IMG/VR virus record: IMGVR_UViG_2974791188_000001
Location: 5,603 to 69,602 of that record
Length of the DNA: 64,000 nucleotides
DNA from: a virus
Strand: one strand, 5' to 3'
Shown: positions 46,247-56,205 of the stretch, in pieces
Position numbering within the stretch: the first letter of the stretch is position 1
How the letters are laid out: the number at the start of each line of letters is the position of its first letter
The notes under the pieces: model-generated
What the model was told of the DNA's origin: nothing
Databases searched by the model: none
What the model saw: only the letters and a program-made list of their open reading frames with translations
Made by a program: the position numbers and the translations under genes

Positions 46247-47541
46247 TTCTCGACGACCCTAAGAACAACAACTATGCCGTGACTGTTGTGCGTGTCCCGG
46301 CTACCTATGATCTGGACGGCTTGGACAACCTGGTGGGTGTCAAGGTGTTCAATTCGCAGATCCTCACTCAGCGTGACGGTGTGGAGCCGGGTGAGTTGCG
46401 CCTGTACTTCCCGGCCGAGGTTCAGATTTCGGCCGAGTATGCCGAGTACAACAGCCTGTACAGCAGCGGCGCGGGCCTTAACCGTGACCCGGAAGCGAAG
46501 GGCTACTTGGCTAAGAACCGACGCGTGCGGGCTATCAAGCTTCGCGGTCACCGTTCGGACGCACTCCTGATGCCGCTCGATTCGCTCAAGTGCTTCACTG
46601 GCCGCTACGACTACCTGCAAGAGGGCGACACGTTCGACGTGATCGAGGGCCACGAGGTTGTCCGCAAGTTCGAGCTACCCCGCAACGAACCGAAGGCCGG
46701 CGCAACTAAGCTCGCTAAGGTTCTTAAGCGGGTAGACAAGGCTCTGTTCCCTGAGCACCTGTCGACCGACAACTTTTTCCGCAACTCGCACCTGCTCGAC
46801 GCGAAGCGTGAGGTTGTCATCACCCAGAAGTTGCACGGCACGAGCATCCGCGTCGGCCGTGTCCCGGTGCGCCGCGAGAAGGGCCGCTGGGAACGTTTCC
46901 TCAACCGCCTGGGCGCTGCCACCCCGGACTTTGCTCACGAGCCGGTATTCGGCTCCCGCAAGGTCATCAAGGAGGCCGACAACAGCCGCCAGAACCACTA
47001 CTACGGTTCGGACATTTGGACCCGTAAGGGTGCTGAGATTGTCGCGGACATTCCGGACGGCTTCATTGTTTACGGCGAGCTGGTCGGTTGGACCGAGGAC
47101 GGTTCTCCGTTGCAGAAGGGCTACACCTACGACGTGCCTAAGGGCCAGTCGGAGCTGTACGTGTATCGGGTTGCACGTATCGACGTGAACCGGACGCTCA
47201 CGGATCTGCCTTGGGACGGTGTTAAGCAGTTCTGCAAGGAACGCGGCTGGAAGCATGTTCCGGAGATTGATCGGATCATTCCGGACTTCTGGGAAGCTTT
47301 GGTCGGCGAGACGATGGTCGAGTTTGTTGAGGACATGATGGACCGCCGCTACACCGAGGCTTACCACAGCCCCATCGACAAGCCGGTCGCGCTGTCGGAC
47401 CCCAAGACTGTCGATGAAGGCGTATGCATCCGTCAGGACGCAATCGCCCCGCTCATCCTCAAGGCTAAGGCCCCGAAGTTCTTGCAGCACGAAACCAAGC
47501 AGCTCGATAAGGGCGAAGTCGACTTGGAGAGCGCGGCCTAG
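46243..47541 (+). CDS. ATP-dependent RNA ligase (Rnl2-like, KxHG motif I)
   Basis: nucleotidyltransferase motif I ITQKLHGTS (cf. T4 Rnl2 KIHGTN); TTGA overlap start. Confidence 0.6.
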   Translation: MILDDPKNNNYAVTVVRVPATYDLDGLDNLVGVKVFNSQILTQRDGVEPGELRLYFPAEVQISAEYAEYNSLYSSGAGLNRDPEAKGYLAKNRRVRAIKLRGHRSDALLMPLDSLKCFTGRYDYLQEGDTFDVIEGHEVVRKFELPRNEPKAGATKLAKVLKRVDKALFPEHLSTDNFFRNSHLLDAKREVVITQKLHGTSIRVGRVPVRREKGRWERFLNRLGAATPDFAHEPVFGSRKVIKEADNSRQNHYYGSDIWTRKGAEIVADIPDGFIVYGELVGWTEDGSPLQKGYTYDVPKGQSELYVYRVARIDVNRTLTDLPWDGVKQFCKERGWKHVPEIDRIIPDFWEALVGETMVEFVEDMMDRRYTEAYHSPIDKPVALSDPKTVDEGVCIRQDAIAPLILKAKAPKFLQHETKQLDKGEVDLESAA

Positions 47542-47732
47542 TGCAGAACGGGCAATCGCAGTGTTACGTGGCGTTCCCCGGCCACCAATTTGACGTGGGA
47601 TCGTTGCGCCTCGCATACGACCAGCTCATTGGCATGGGAGTTCCACGTACCCGAAAGCTGACAATCGAATCCGTGCCCAAGGTGGGCGACGAGAAGTGCG
47701 ACGGGATCGCATTTGTGGAGGTAGTTCCGTGA
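47541..47732 (+). CDS. hypothetical small protein
   Basis: 63 aa. Confidence 0.35.
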   Translation: MQNGQSQCYVAFPGHQFDVGSLRLAYDQLIGMGVPRTRKLTIESVPKVGDEKCDGIAFVEVVP

Positions 47733-48568
47733 CCGTACATCTTTGGGCGCAAAGCCTCGACGACAAAGAGCTACACCCCGTCCACCCATTCCAGTTCCCT
47801 GGCGGCGAATGGCACATCCAACTCGCATTCGACGACCCCAAGCGGTCCTACCAGTGGATCGCAGTCGTCTACGGGGCCAGCGCCGAAGACCTCGTGAAGG
47901 CAAGCCTGCTGGCCGACATTGCGTTGGAACGCGAGGAGCACTCCGTACTGCTCATCCCCTACCTGCCTGCGGCACGGGCAGACCGGGGAGTCCCGCTGGG
48001 ATTGAGTGTGTACGGCGGGATCATTAACGTTGCCTGCTTCGGTGACGTCGTCACCCTGGACGCGCACAACCCGGAAGCTGCCTACCGGGAAGTCAACGGG
48101 CTGGTGAATCTGTCGGCTACCCCGCTGGTCACCGCGACCGTCCAGTACCAGGACACGTTCACCGGGGTCATCGCACCCGACAAGGGGGCCGCGGATCGGG
48201 CAGGAGACGTAGCCCGCGCGCTCGGCGTCGAGCTGGTCGTTGCAGACAAGGCCCGCGACTTCGACACCGGACGGATCACTGGTCTTAGCTGCCCGAAAGT
48301 CGACCCTAAGGGCAACTACCTGGTGGTCGATGACATTTGTGACGGCGGCGGCACCTTCATGGGACTGGCCGAAGCGACCGGCCTGCCGCAAGATCGACTG
48401 TCCCTGTGGGTCACGCACGGCATCTTCTCGGGTAACGCGGCCAACCTGCTCAAGCACTACTACAAGGCTGTTTACACCACCGACTCTCACCCCGGTTCGG
48501 GGCAGCTCGGCATGTGGACGGTCAAAACCCCCACGTGGGCATACATGTTCAGAAAGGTCCAAGCATGA
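47729..48568 (+). CDS. ribose-phosphate pyrophosphokinase (Prs) homolog; candidate Adps of NARP1
   Basis: PRPP-binding loop LVVDDICDGGGT and Prs-like topology; GTGA overlap start. Confidence 0.72.
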   Translation: MTVHLWAQSLDDKELHPVHPFQFPGGEWHIQLAFDDPKRSYQWIAVVYGASAEDLVKASLLADIALEREEHSVLLIPYLPAARADRGVPLGLSVYGGIINVACFGDVVTLDAHNPEAAYREVNGLVNLSATPLVTATVQYQDTFTGVIAPDKGAADRAGDVARALGVELVVADKARDFDTGRITGLSCPKVDPKGNYLVVDDICDGGGTFMGLAEATGLPQDRLSLWVTHGIFSGNAANLLKHYYKAVYTTDSHPGSGQLGMWTVKTPTWAYMFRKVQA

Positions 48569-50043
48569 CCAAGTTCGCACCCATCGCTGCACTGATGCAG
48601 ACCGATGCTTACAAGCTTGACCACCGCAACCAGTACCAGTTGGCCGGCCGCGTTAGCCGTGTCTACTCGAACTACACCAACCGTAAGAGCCGCATCGACG
48701 GGGTCGACCACGTTGTGCACTTCGGGTTGCAGGCGTTCATCCAGAAGAACCTTGTGGAAGCGTTCGAGCCGTTCTTCGCGGCCGACGAGGATCTGGTGTG
48801 CGACCTGTACGAGGAGCGGGTTACGCAGATCCTTGGCCCGAACACGATTGGTTCGGATCACATTCGGGCCTTGCACCGTAAGGGCTACCTGCCGCTTCGG
48901 TTCTCTGCTCTGCCGGAAGGTACGCCGGTTCCGATCCGGGTTCCGTCGTTCGTCGTGGAGAACACCGAGGACGAGTTCTTTTGGCTGACCAACTATGTGG
49001 AGACGGCGCTTAGCGCTGGCGTGTGGCAGGCGTCTACGTCTGCGACGATTGCCCGCGAGTACCGGAAGATCCTCGACCAGGCCGCCGAGGCTACCGGTGG
49101 TGTCCGTGAGGCTGTCGACTTCCAGTGCCACGACTTCTCTTACCGGGGCATGTCGTCTCAGGAGTCGGCGCAGCTTAGCGGCGCTGCCCACCTGCTGTCG
49201 TTCAGCGGCACCGATTCGCTGGTGGCCTTGGACTGGATTGACCGCTACTACGGCGGCGAGTACGTCGCGGGATCAGTTCCAGCCACCGAACACTCGGTGA
49301 TGTGCACCGGCATTGAAGCCGTGGGCGAACAGGAGTTGTTCTCTAAGCTGCTGGACCTGTACCCGACTGGCATCTTCTCGGTGGTGTCTGACACGTTCGA
49401 CCTGTGGACGGTCCTGACCGAGTACCTGCCAGCACTTAAGGACAAGATCCTGGCGCGCGACGGCAAGCTGGTGATCCGCCCGGACTCTGGCGACCCGGAG
49501 AAGATCATTTGCGGAGACCCGGACGCCGAGACGGGGACCGCCGAATGGTTTGGTGTCGTCCGGCTGCTTCGGATGGCGTTTGGTTGCACCTGGAATGAGG
49601 CTGGCTTCCGCGAGTTGAACTCGCATGTAGGGGTCATCTACGGCGACTCCATCACCCTCGAACGCGCTAAGAGCATCACCGCGCGACTCGAATCTATGGG
49701 CTACGCATCCACCAACGTCGTGTTTGGTGTCGGCTCATACACCTACCAGCACAACACCCGCGACACGTTCGGCTCCGCGATGAAAGCCACATGGGCTGAG
49801 GTCGACGGTAAGGGCGTCAACCTGCTTAAGGACCCCATCACTGATGACGGCACGAAGAAGTCGGCTACGGGACGTCTGGCAGTCGTTAACAGCGAGTACG
49901 GCGGAGACCTCAAGCTCATCGAACGGGCAACCCCCGAAGCTGAGCAGTGGAGCCTCCTCAAGCCCATCTGGGAAAACGGACAGTTCGTACAGCGAGTTAC
50001 CTTCGCCGATGTACGGGCAACCCTGGCTAACGCGGGGGCTTGA
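48565..50043 (+). CDS. nicotinamide phosphoribosyltransferase (NAMPT/NadV) homolog; candidate Namat of NARP1
   Basis: TDAYKLDHRNQY...FSYRGMSS...SGTDS NAMPT family signatures; ATGA overlap start. Confidence 0.78.
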   Translation: MTKFAPIAALMQTDAYKLDHRNQYQLAGRVSRVYSNYTNRKSRIDGVDHVVHFGLQAFIQKNLVEAFEPFFAADEDLVCDLYEERVTQILGPNTIGSDHIRALHRKGYLPLRFSALPEGTPVPIRVPSFVVENTEDEFFWLTNYVETALSAGVWQASTSATIAREYRKILDQAAEATGGVREAVDFQCHDFSYRGMSSQESAQLSGAAHLLSFSGTDSLVALDWIDRYYGGEYVAGSVPATEHSVMCTGIEAVGEQELFSKLLDLYPTGIFSVVSDTFDLWTVLTEYLPALKDKILARDGKLVIRPDSGDPEKIICGDPDAETGTAEWFGVVRLLRMAFGCTWNEAGFRELNSHVGVIYGDSITLERAKSITARLESMGYASTNVVFGVGSYTYQHNTRDTFGSAMKATWAEVDGKGVNLLKDPITDDGTKKSATGRLAVVNSEYGGDLKLIERATPEAEQWSLLKPIWENGQFVQRVTFADVRATLANAGA

Positions 50044-50044
50044 G

Positions 50045-50347
50045 TTGGCTGACGGTAGCTGGTGGGCCTTGGAGAATCCGGGCCGATACAGGATCGAATC
50101 ACTCAAGTGCGACGTTGAGGTCGACTGGCCTGCGTACTCATTCGGCTCTCTCGAATCGCCACGGCCCCGGAAGTATCTGACACTAATCGAACTGACTAAC
50201 GGCCGAACCACCACGGTGCTCAAGGCGTACACCGACCCGGACACGGACGAGAGCATTGTGGCGGCTTACGGCAAGGGCCAGCTTAAGGAGCTAAGCGTCT
50301 ACCTCGATGAGAAGCCCGACGCTTTCTCGTGGCGGAAGATCCACTAG
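50045..50347 (+). CDS. hypothetical protein
   Basis: TTG 2 nt after NAMPT stop; ORF open from 49844. Confidence 0.4.
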   Translation: MADGSWWALENPGRYRIESLKCDVEVDWPAYSFGSLESPRPRKYLTLIELTNGRTTTVLKAYTDPDTDESIVAAYGKGQLKELSVYLDEKPDAFSWRKIH

Positions 50348-51227
50348 TTGGGTTACGGAGCTGCCGCACAATACCCCGGCGACACCCGCGTCTGGGTATG
50401 GGACTACACAGGCCCCAAGGGACAACGGGGCCATTGGGAGGACAAAACTGAACACTCGGAAACTAGCTCTCGACAACCTCATAATGCTGGGGGTAGCAGG
50501 CTCCCAGCTCTACGGGACACAGCTTGACGACGGCGACAATGACCAAATGGGGGTGTGCATCGAGCCTCCAAGTCACGTCATCGGGCTAAGCCAATTCGAG
50601 CAATGGCAGTACCACAGTGCAGGCAACGGCGTCAGGTCCGGAAGTGAAGACCTCGACGTCACCGTGTACTCGCTACGGAAGTGGACCCGGCTAGCAGAAC
50701 AGGGCAACCCGACTGTCCTGCTGCTCGGGTTCACCCCCGATGAACTGGTCCTTGAGGACTCGTTCTGGGGTGCGCAACTCCGCTCCAATATGGACATGTT
50801 CATGTCCCGGCAGGCCGGATCGCGGTTCCTCGGCTACCTCGACTCCCAGCGCAAGCAGATGCTAGGGCTTACCGGCCGTAAGCATTCCAACCGCCCGGAG
50901 CTGGTTGAGCAGTACGGCTACGACACCAAGTTTGCCTACCACGCCGTCAGGCTCGGTATGCAGGGTGTGGAGTACCTGACCACCGGGCACATGGAACTGC
51001 CCATGAAGCAGGACTACCGGGACTACCTCATCGACATTCGGCAAGGCCGGGAGTCGAAAGAAGACGTGGTGACGGTCATCAACCTGTACATCGACCTACT
51101 GCGCAAGCTCAAGCATTCGCCGGATCTGCCGCCACGCGCTAACCGGGTGGAGATCGACGCCTGGCTTGAGGTCATGCACGAAACGTTCTGGACGTCGCAG
51201 GGGCGGACACTCGCCAATGTGGCTTGA
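50307..51227 (+). CDS. Pol-beta superfamily nucleotidyltransferase
   Basis: GVAGSQLYGTQLDDGDNDQMGV fits hG[GS]-x10-DxD; helical C-terminal domain. Confidence 0.5.
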   Translation: MRSPTLSRGGRSTSWVTELPHNTPATPASGYGTTQAPRDNGAIGRTKLNTRKLALDNLIMLGVAGSQLYGTQLDDGDNDQMGVCIEPPSHVIGLSQFEQWQYHSAGNGVRSGSEDLDVTVYSLRKWTRLAEQGNPTVLLLGFTPDELVLEDSFWGAQLRSNMDMFMSRQAGSRFLGYLDSQRKQMLGLTGRKHSNRPELVEQYGYDTKFAYHAVRLGMQGVEYLTTGHMELPMKQDYRDYLIDIRQGRESKEDVVTVINLYIDLLRKLKHSPDLPPRANRVEIDAWLEVMHETFWTSQGRTLANVA

Positions 51228-51471
51228 CGAGGATTCGGCGGTCAAGTACGTGGGCAGGTCCCGTAGGACTCTGCGCTGGTGGTATCAGATGGGCATTGTT
51301 CAGCGCCGCAAGCATCGGGAACGCTGGCAGTACGACTCGCTCACTCTGGATGCTGCTAAGGCCCGTCAGGAACACAACTACGAGTTTCGGCCGATCAAGC
51401 CGGGGCTTGGTGGTGCTCCGAACATGATGGGTGGAAGGCGAAAGCCTGAGGGTATGGACCCCTTGTTTTAA
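51217..51471 (+). CDS. small HTH (excisionase/MerR-like) DNA-binding protein
   Basis: AVKYVGRSRRTLRWWYQMGIV helix-turn-helix. Confidence 0.45.
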   Translation: MWLDEDSAVKYVGRSRRTLRWWYQMGIVQRRKHRERWQYDSLTLDAAKARQEHNYEFRPIKPGLGGAPNMMGGRRKPEGMDPLF

Positions 51472-51537
51472 GCGTGGTCGATGCCATGCGGTGAGTAATC
51501 TTTATGGTGTGAATGGTTGATGAACCGTTTGCGCTAT

Positions 51538-51609
51538 TCCCGTATAGCTTAATTGGCAGAGCGTCCGGTTGTTACCCGGATGGTCCAGGTTCGATTCCTG
51601 GTGCGGGAG
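51538..51609 (+). tRNA. tRNA-Asn (GTT)
   Basis: manual cloverleaf: acceptor tcccgta/tgcggga, D-arm gctt-aattggca-gagc, anticodon loop ttGTTac, T-arm ccagg-ttcgatt-cctgg. Confidence 0.75.
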
Positions 51610-51725
51610 CTTAGAGTAGATTGTTTCGGCTCCGTTTCGTAGAACACTCAGACGTCAATCCAAACGGGCAGCACTCGAAATCACTTACCCATGTGGGTGT
51701 CACTGGTTCATTGTTCGGGTGATCT

Positions 51726-51796
51726 GGGGCGATAGTTTAGTGGTAGAACGGCGGTCTCCAAAGCCGCTCGCCGGGGTTCGATTCCTCGTCGCCTCG
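51726..51796 (+). tRNA. tRNA-Trp (CCA)
   Basis: acceptor ggggcga/tcgcctc, anticodon loop ctCCAaa, T-arm cgggg-ttcgatt-cctcg. Confidence 0.75.
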
Positions 51797-51860
51797 CCGC
51801 GCTTGGCTGTGCGCGTAAACAGTCCGCCGCTGCCGACCGGCGTAAAACGGTACGGCTTCC

Positions 51861-51933
51861 GCCTTAGAAACCGAATTGGCTAGGTGCCTGACTTCCAATC
51901 AGGATTTTGCGGGTTCAAGTCCCGTCTAAGGCT
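51861..51933 (+). tRNA. tRNA-Gly (TCC)
   Basis: perfect 7-bp acceptor gccttag/ctaaggc, anticodon loop ctTCCaa, T-arm gcggg-ttcaagt-cccgt; short D-stem. Confidence 0.7.
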
Positions 51934-52036
51934 CAATGGGACGCCAGAGATAAACGCTGGTGCGGTAGAAGCTGACCCGATTCAGAAACCCGCCGATTCC
52001 CGATCACCGATGGCTGCCGGTATATGCAGTTTCTAA

Positions 52037-52112
52037 CTCTCCGTAGCTCAGTTGGTCTTAGAGCAGGGCACTCTTAATGCTCGGGTCGCAGGTTCGAGTC
52101 CTGCCGGGGAGA
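52037..52112 (+). tRNA. tRNA-Lys (CTT)
   Basis: acceptor ctctccg/cggggag, D-arm gctc-agttggtctta-gagc, anticodon loop ctCTTaa, T-arm gcagg-ttcgagt-cctgc. Confidence 0.75.
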
Positions 52113-52150
52113 CGTAGTGGGAGACGGGGGTTCGATTCCCTCCATGCGCG
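52113..52150 (+). pseudogene. tRNA-like 3' fragment (T-arm plus acceptor-like) without a matching 5' half
   Basis: ggggg-ttcgatt-ccctc T-arm-like element 38 nt after tRNA-Lys; no complementary acceptor 5' strand found. Confidence 0.3.
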
Positions 52151-52358
52151 CTGTAGCTTAATGGTAGAGCACCCACGCTTTGCAAATATGTTCCGGATGG
52201 CCCGCTCAAGGGATACGGCGCATAGAGCTAAGAGGTTGTAAGCCCGTAAAGCCCAACCCTTAGTCTCCGCAGGTTCGCCACCGAACTACCTGCGTTATCA
52301 AAACCCACGTGAATTGAGGCCGAAGGGCCGGTGGGCCTTAGTTGGAAGGGTGGACCCA

Positions 52359-52441
52359 GGGCTTGTGGCGGAATTGGCAGACGCGCCGGATTCAAAATCC
52401 GGTACTCATTGAGTGTGTGGGTTCGAGTCCCACTAAGCCCA
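52359..52441 (+). tRNA. tRNA-Leu (CAA)
   Basis: acceptor gggcttg/taagccc, anticodon loop ttCAAaa, long variable arm, T-arm gtggg-ttcgagt-cccac. Confidence 0.75.
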
Positions 52442-52442
52442 C

Positions 52443-52655
52443 ATGGAAAACACTGACATTCACAACCGGTTCGCCTTCCACCCGGCCACCACGGCTGAAA
52501 AGAAGGGTGCCCACGGCAGTATCCGAGAGGCAATGCTGTCGACCGCGCTCTACGTGAACAACAACGTTCCGGACGGCCGCGAAAAGTCTCTGGCTATCAC
52601 CGCCCTGGAAGAGGCTATGTTCTGGGCCAACGCTGCCATCGCACGAGCAGTGTAG
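52443..52655 (+). CDS. hypothetical protein
   Basis: 70 aa, starts 2 nt after tRNA-Leu. Confidence 0.45.
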   Translation: MENTDIHNRFAFHPATTAEKKGAHGSIREAMLSTALYVNNNVPDGREKSLAITALEEAMFWANAAIARAV

Positions 52656-52882
52656 TGGCAATCGTCCTGGGGGTCGGTGACGTCGACAAGATCACCGATC
52701 CCGGCCACCTAGAAGCGCTCAGACGCCTCGAAATGATCGCCGCCTACACAGTGGACGACCACGAGATGGTCGACCTGAACGCTATGGCACTTAGCGGTGC
52801 GTGGGCCACTCCCGCGTACCAACCATCCGAAATTGGCTCCAAGGCTGGAAAGAAGCTTCGGGTCATGTATTCCAAGAAGTAG
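52655..52882 (+). CDS. hypothetical protein
   Basis: 75 aa; GTG in TAGTG overlap. Confidence 0.4.
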   Translation: MAIVLGVGDVDKITDPGHLEALRRLEMIAAYTVDDHEMVDLNAMALSGAWATPAYQPSEIGSKAGKKLRVMYSKK

Positions 52883-52891
52883 GAGAATCCT

Positions 52892-53263
52892 TTGGGTTTC
52901 CGTGATCTGTTTACTCCCCGTACTAAGCGTCAGAAGAAGGCTAAGGGTAAGGGTGAGCAGTTGGGCCGCGCGATCGGCGAACTGACTGTGAGTGCGCAGG
53001 GCTTTACCGAGTCCGTCATCACTCCCCGCGTGGGTGGCAAGCTCCCCATGTCGAACGGCTCCCCGTTGGAGTCTCGTGGCCCGGTTCGGCCGGCTCCTAA
53101 GCCCCGTAGCTACGAAAGCCCCAGCTACTCGGGCTACGACCATTCGCCCGCGATCGCTGCTGCTGCGGTGTCGTCTAGCTACTCGTCGCCTTCGTACAGT
53201 TCGTCGTGTGATTCCAGCTCGTCTAGCTCGTTCTCGTCTGACTGTGGCGGCGGCGGATTCTGA
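52892..53263 (+). CDS. hypothetical protein with Ser-rich low-complexity C-terminus
   Basis: SSYSSPSYSSSCDSSSSSSFSSDCGGGGF. Confidence 0.4.
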   Translation: MGFRDLFTPRTKRQKKAKGKGEQLGRAIGELTVSAQGFTESVITPRVGGKLPMSNGSPLESRGPVRPAPKPRSYESPSYSGYDHSPAIAAAAVSSSYSSPSYSSSCDSSSSSSFSSDCGGGGF

Positions 53264-53436
53264 TGCTTGAGGCCATCATTGCGGGCTTCTTCACCACCCT
53301 ACTAGTGGGGGTATTCGTCGGATTCGTCTACTGGATGCTCAGTCCGCCGTCCTGGGTCGGCGGTGGCGGCACCTACAAGGGGGGGTTTGATCTGAGTTCG
53401 CCGCAAGGCGTCGCCCTGCTGGTGGCCGCGACATGA
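53263..53436 (+). CDS. tiny membrane protein (57 aa), followed by a 33-aa TM micro-ORF 53433..53534
   Basis: hydrophobic helix; ATGA coupling between the two micro-ORFs. Confidence 0.3.
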   Translation: MLEAIIAGFFTTLLVGVFVGFVYWMLSPPSWVGGGGTYKGGFDLSSPQGVALLVAAT

Positions 53437-53576
53437 TAACCACCGTCCTTAGCGGGATCGGCGCTATCGCGCTCCTGTATGTGCTCGGCTACATACTCGT
53501 CGGGGCCTGGTGCCTTTGGAGCCTAGGCCGATGATCTAACGGGTTTGGTCACGTTCCCTCATCTAAACGTGGCTCT

Positions 53577-53658
53577 ACTAGGTGATGCCCCAATGGCGGG
53601 GCAGCGGGCTGTAACCCCGTGGCGTTTTACGCAGGCAGGTTCGATCCCTGTCACCTAG
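53577..53658 (+). tRNA. tRNA-Tyr (GTA)
   Basis: perfect acceptor ctaggtg/cacctag, anticodon stem gcggg/cccgt loop ctGTAac, long variable arm, T-arm gcagg-ttcgatc-cctgt. Confidence 0.7.
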
Positions 53659-53725
53659 ACGTTTCACCTTCTTCTACGGGAGACCAACCTAACTCTGCTC
53701 CGTCAGGGGGAAGGTGACCTACCAC

Positions 53726-53770
53726 GCGCCACGGCCCATCAAACACTGGTGGTCCGTGGCGCTCTTTTTG
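53726..53770 (+). terminator. rho-independent terminator after tRNA cluster
   Basis: GCGCCACGG...CCGTGGCGC stem then TCTTTTTG. Confidence 0.6.
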
Positions 53771-53897
53771 TCTAAGAGAGGCTAAGCCATTCAAGGCGAA
53801 CAGCTTGTAGACGGGCGCTGTGTGCGTTCGGAGCTTCTACCCGATCACTGCTGGTGTAAGCATCACCGAAACCTAGAGGAAGTGCAGGTAACAATCC

Positions 53898-54212
53898 TTG
53901 ACTGAAACAGCCTACGAGCGCAGCGAGGTTATCGCCGAGGTTGGCGAGTACGACTGGTCATGGTCGGTCACTACCGCATTCTTTGACCCGGTACACAATG
54001 CTTACCGTGTCGGCTCCGATAGTGGGTGTTCCTGCTATGGGGAGTGGGAAGACGGTATCGAGAGCCTTGAGCCGGTCGGTGCTGCTGAGGCTATGCGCCG
54101 TTTCCGTAAGGAGGCCAACGACCCCGGCCACTACGGTGTCAAGTCTGAGGACATTGAGGCTGAGGTTAAGAAGATCCGGGAACACGCTAAGAAGGTTGGT
54201 GCGCGTCCGTGA
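53898..54212 (+). CDS. hypothetical acidic protein
   Basis: 104 aa, TTG start. Confidence 0.45.
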   Translation: MTETAYERSEVIAEVGEYDWSWSVTTAFFDPVHNAYRVGSDSGCSCYGEWEDGIESLEPVGAAEAMRRFRKEANDPGHYGVKSEDIEAEVKKIREHAKKVGARP

Positions 54213-54929
54213 AGCCTGTAACACCCAAGGTTCAGCTCGTCGGTCTCACCGAGGCGTTCATTCCGGAAATCATGGACACGGACGACGGCGAGGTTGCGCA
54301 CTTCCATCCGCAGCATTTGATGGAGTTTGCGGGCCGAAACTGCTACCAGTCATTCCACAAGCCTAACGAGGCCACCCGGTCTAACTGGGACTACATCACG
54401 AACATTCTCAAGCAGAAACACTACTCCGTGCTTGAGCATGCTTCGGTGTCGTTCTATCTGGCTGGTGTGTCTCGGAACTTCACGCACGAGCTGGTGCGTC
54501 ACCGGCACATGTCATTCTCGGAGCTGTCGGGCCGCTACGTCGATCCGGTCAAGGCTGGGCTTGGGTACGTGATCCCCCCGGCCACCCAGCTCGACGAGTG
54601 GGAGAGGCCGACTCTCGACTACACGTTTGAGTCAGCCGAAGACGGCTACAAGGATGAGCTGGAAGTCCAGGAAGCTAACGGGGTTAAGGGTAAGAAGGCC
54701 CGCGAAGCTGCCCGCGCACACTTCCCCGGTTCCCTCGAAACCCGCATCGTTGTGACCGCCAATATCCGCTCCTGGATGGAGTTCGTGTCTAAGCGTGACC
54801 ATCCGGCCGCTGACGCCGAGATGCAGCAGGTCGCCGCAACCATCTACGGACAGCTCAAGTTGTACTTCCCTGCTGTGTTTGAGCAGCGCGAGTTGTGGGA
54901 CGACCAGTGGGCGCAGGAGGCACCTAAGC

Positions 54930-54937
<8 letters not shown>
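54209..54937 (+). CDS. thyX: FAD-dependent thymidylate synthase ThyX
   Basis: ThyX signature RHRHMSFSELSGRY (RHRxxSxxxxSxRY). Confidence 0.85.
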
Positions 54938-56194
<1,257 letters not shown>

Positions 56195-56205
56195 CTAGGA
56201 GTCAT

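Noticed and set aside
52146-52230. Possible seventh tRNA starting at gcgcgctgtagcttaatggtagagc
   Set aside because: A good D-arm exists but no anticodon stem complement or T-arm/acceptor closure could be found by hand; left as a tRNA-like fragment pending tRNAscan-SE.
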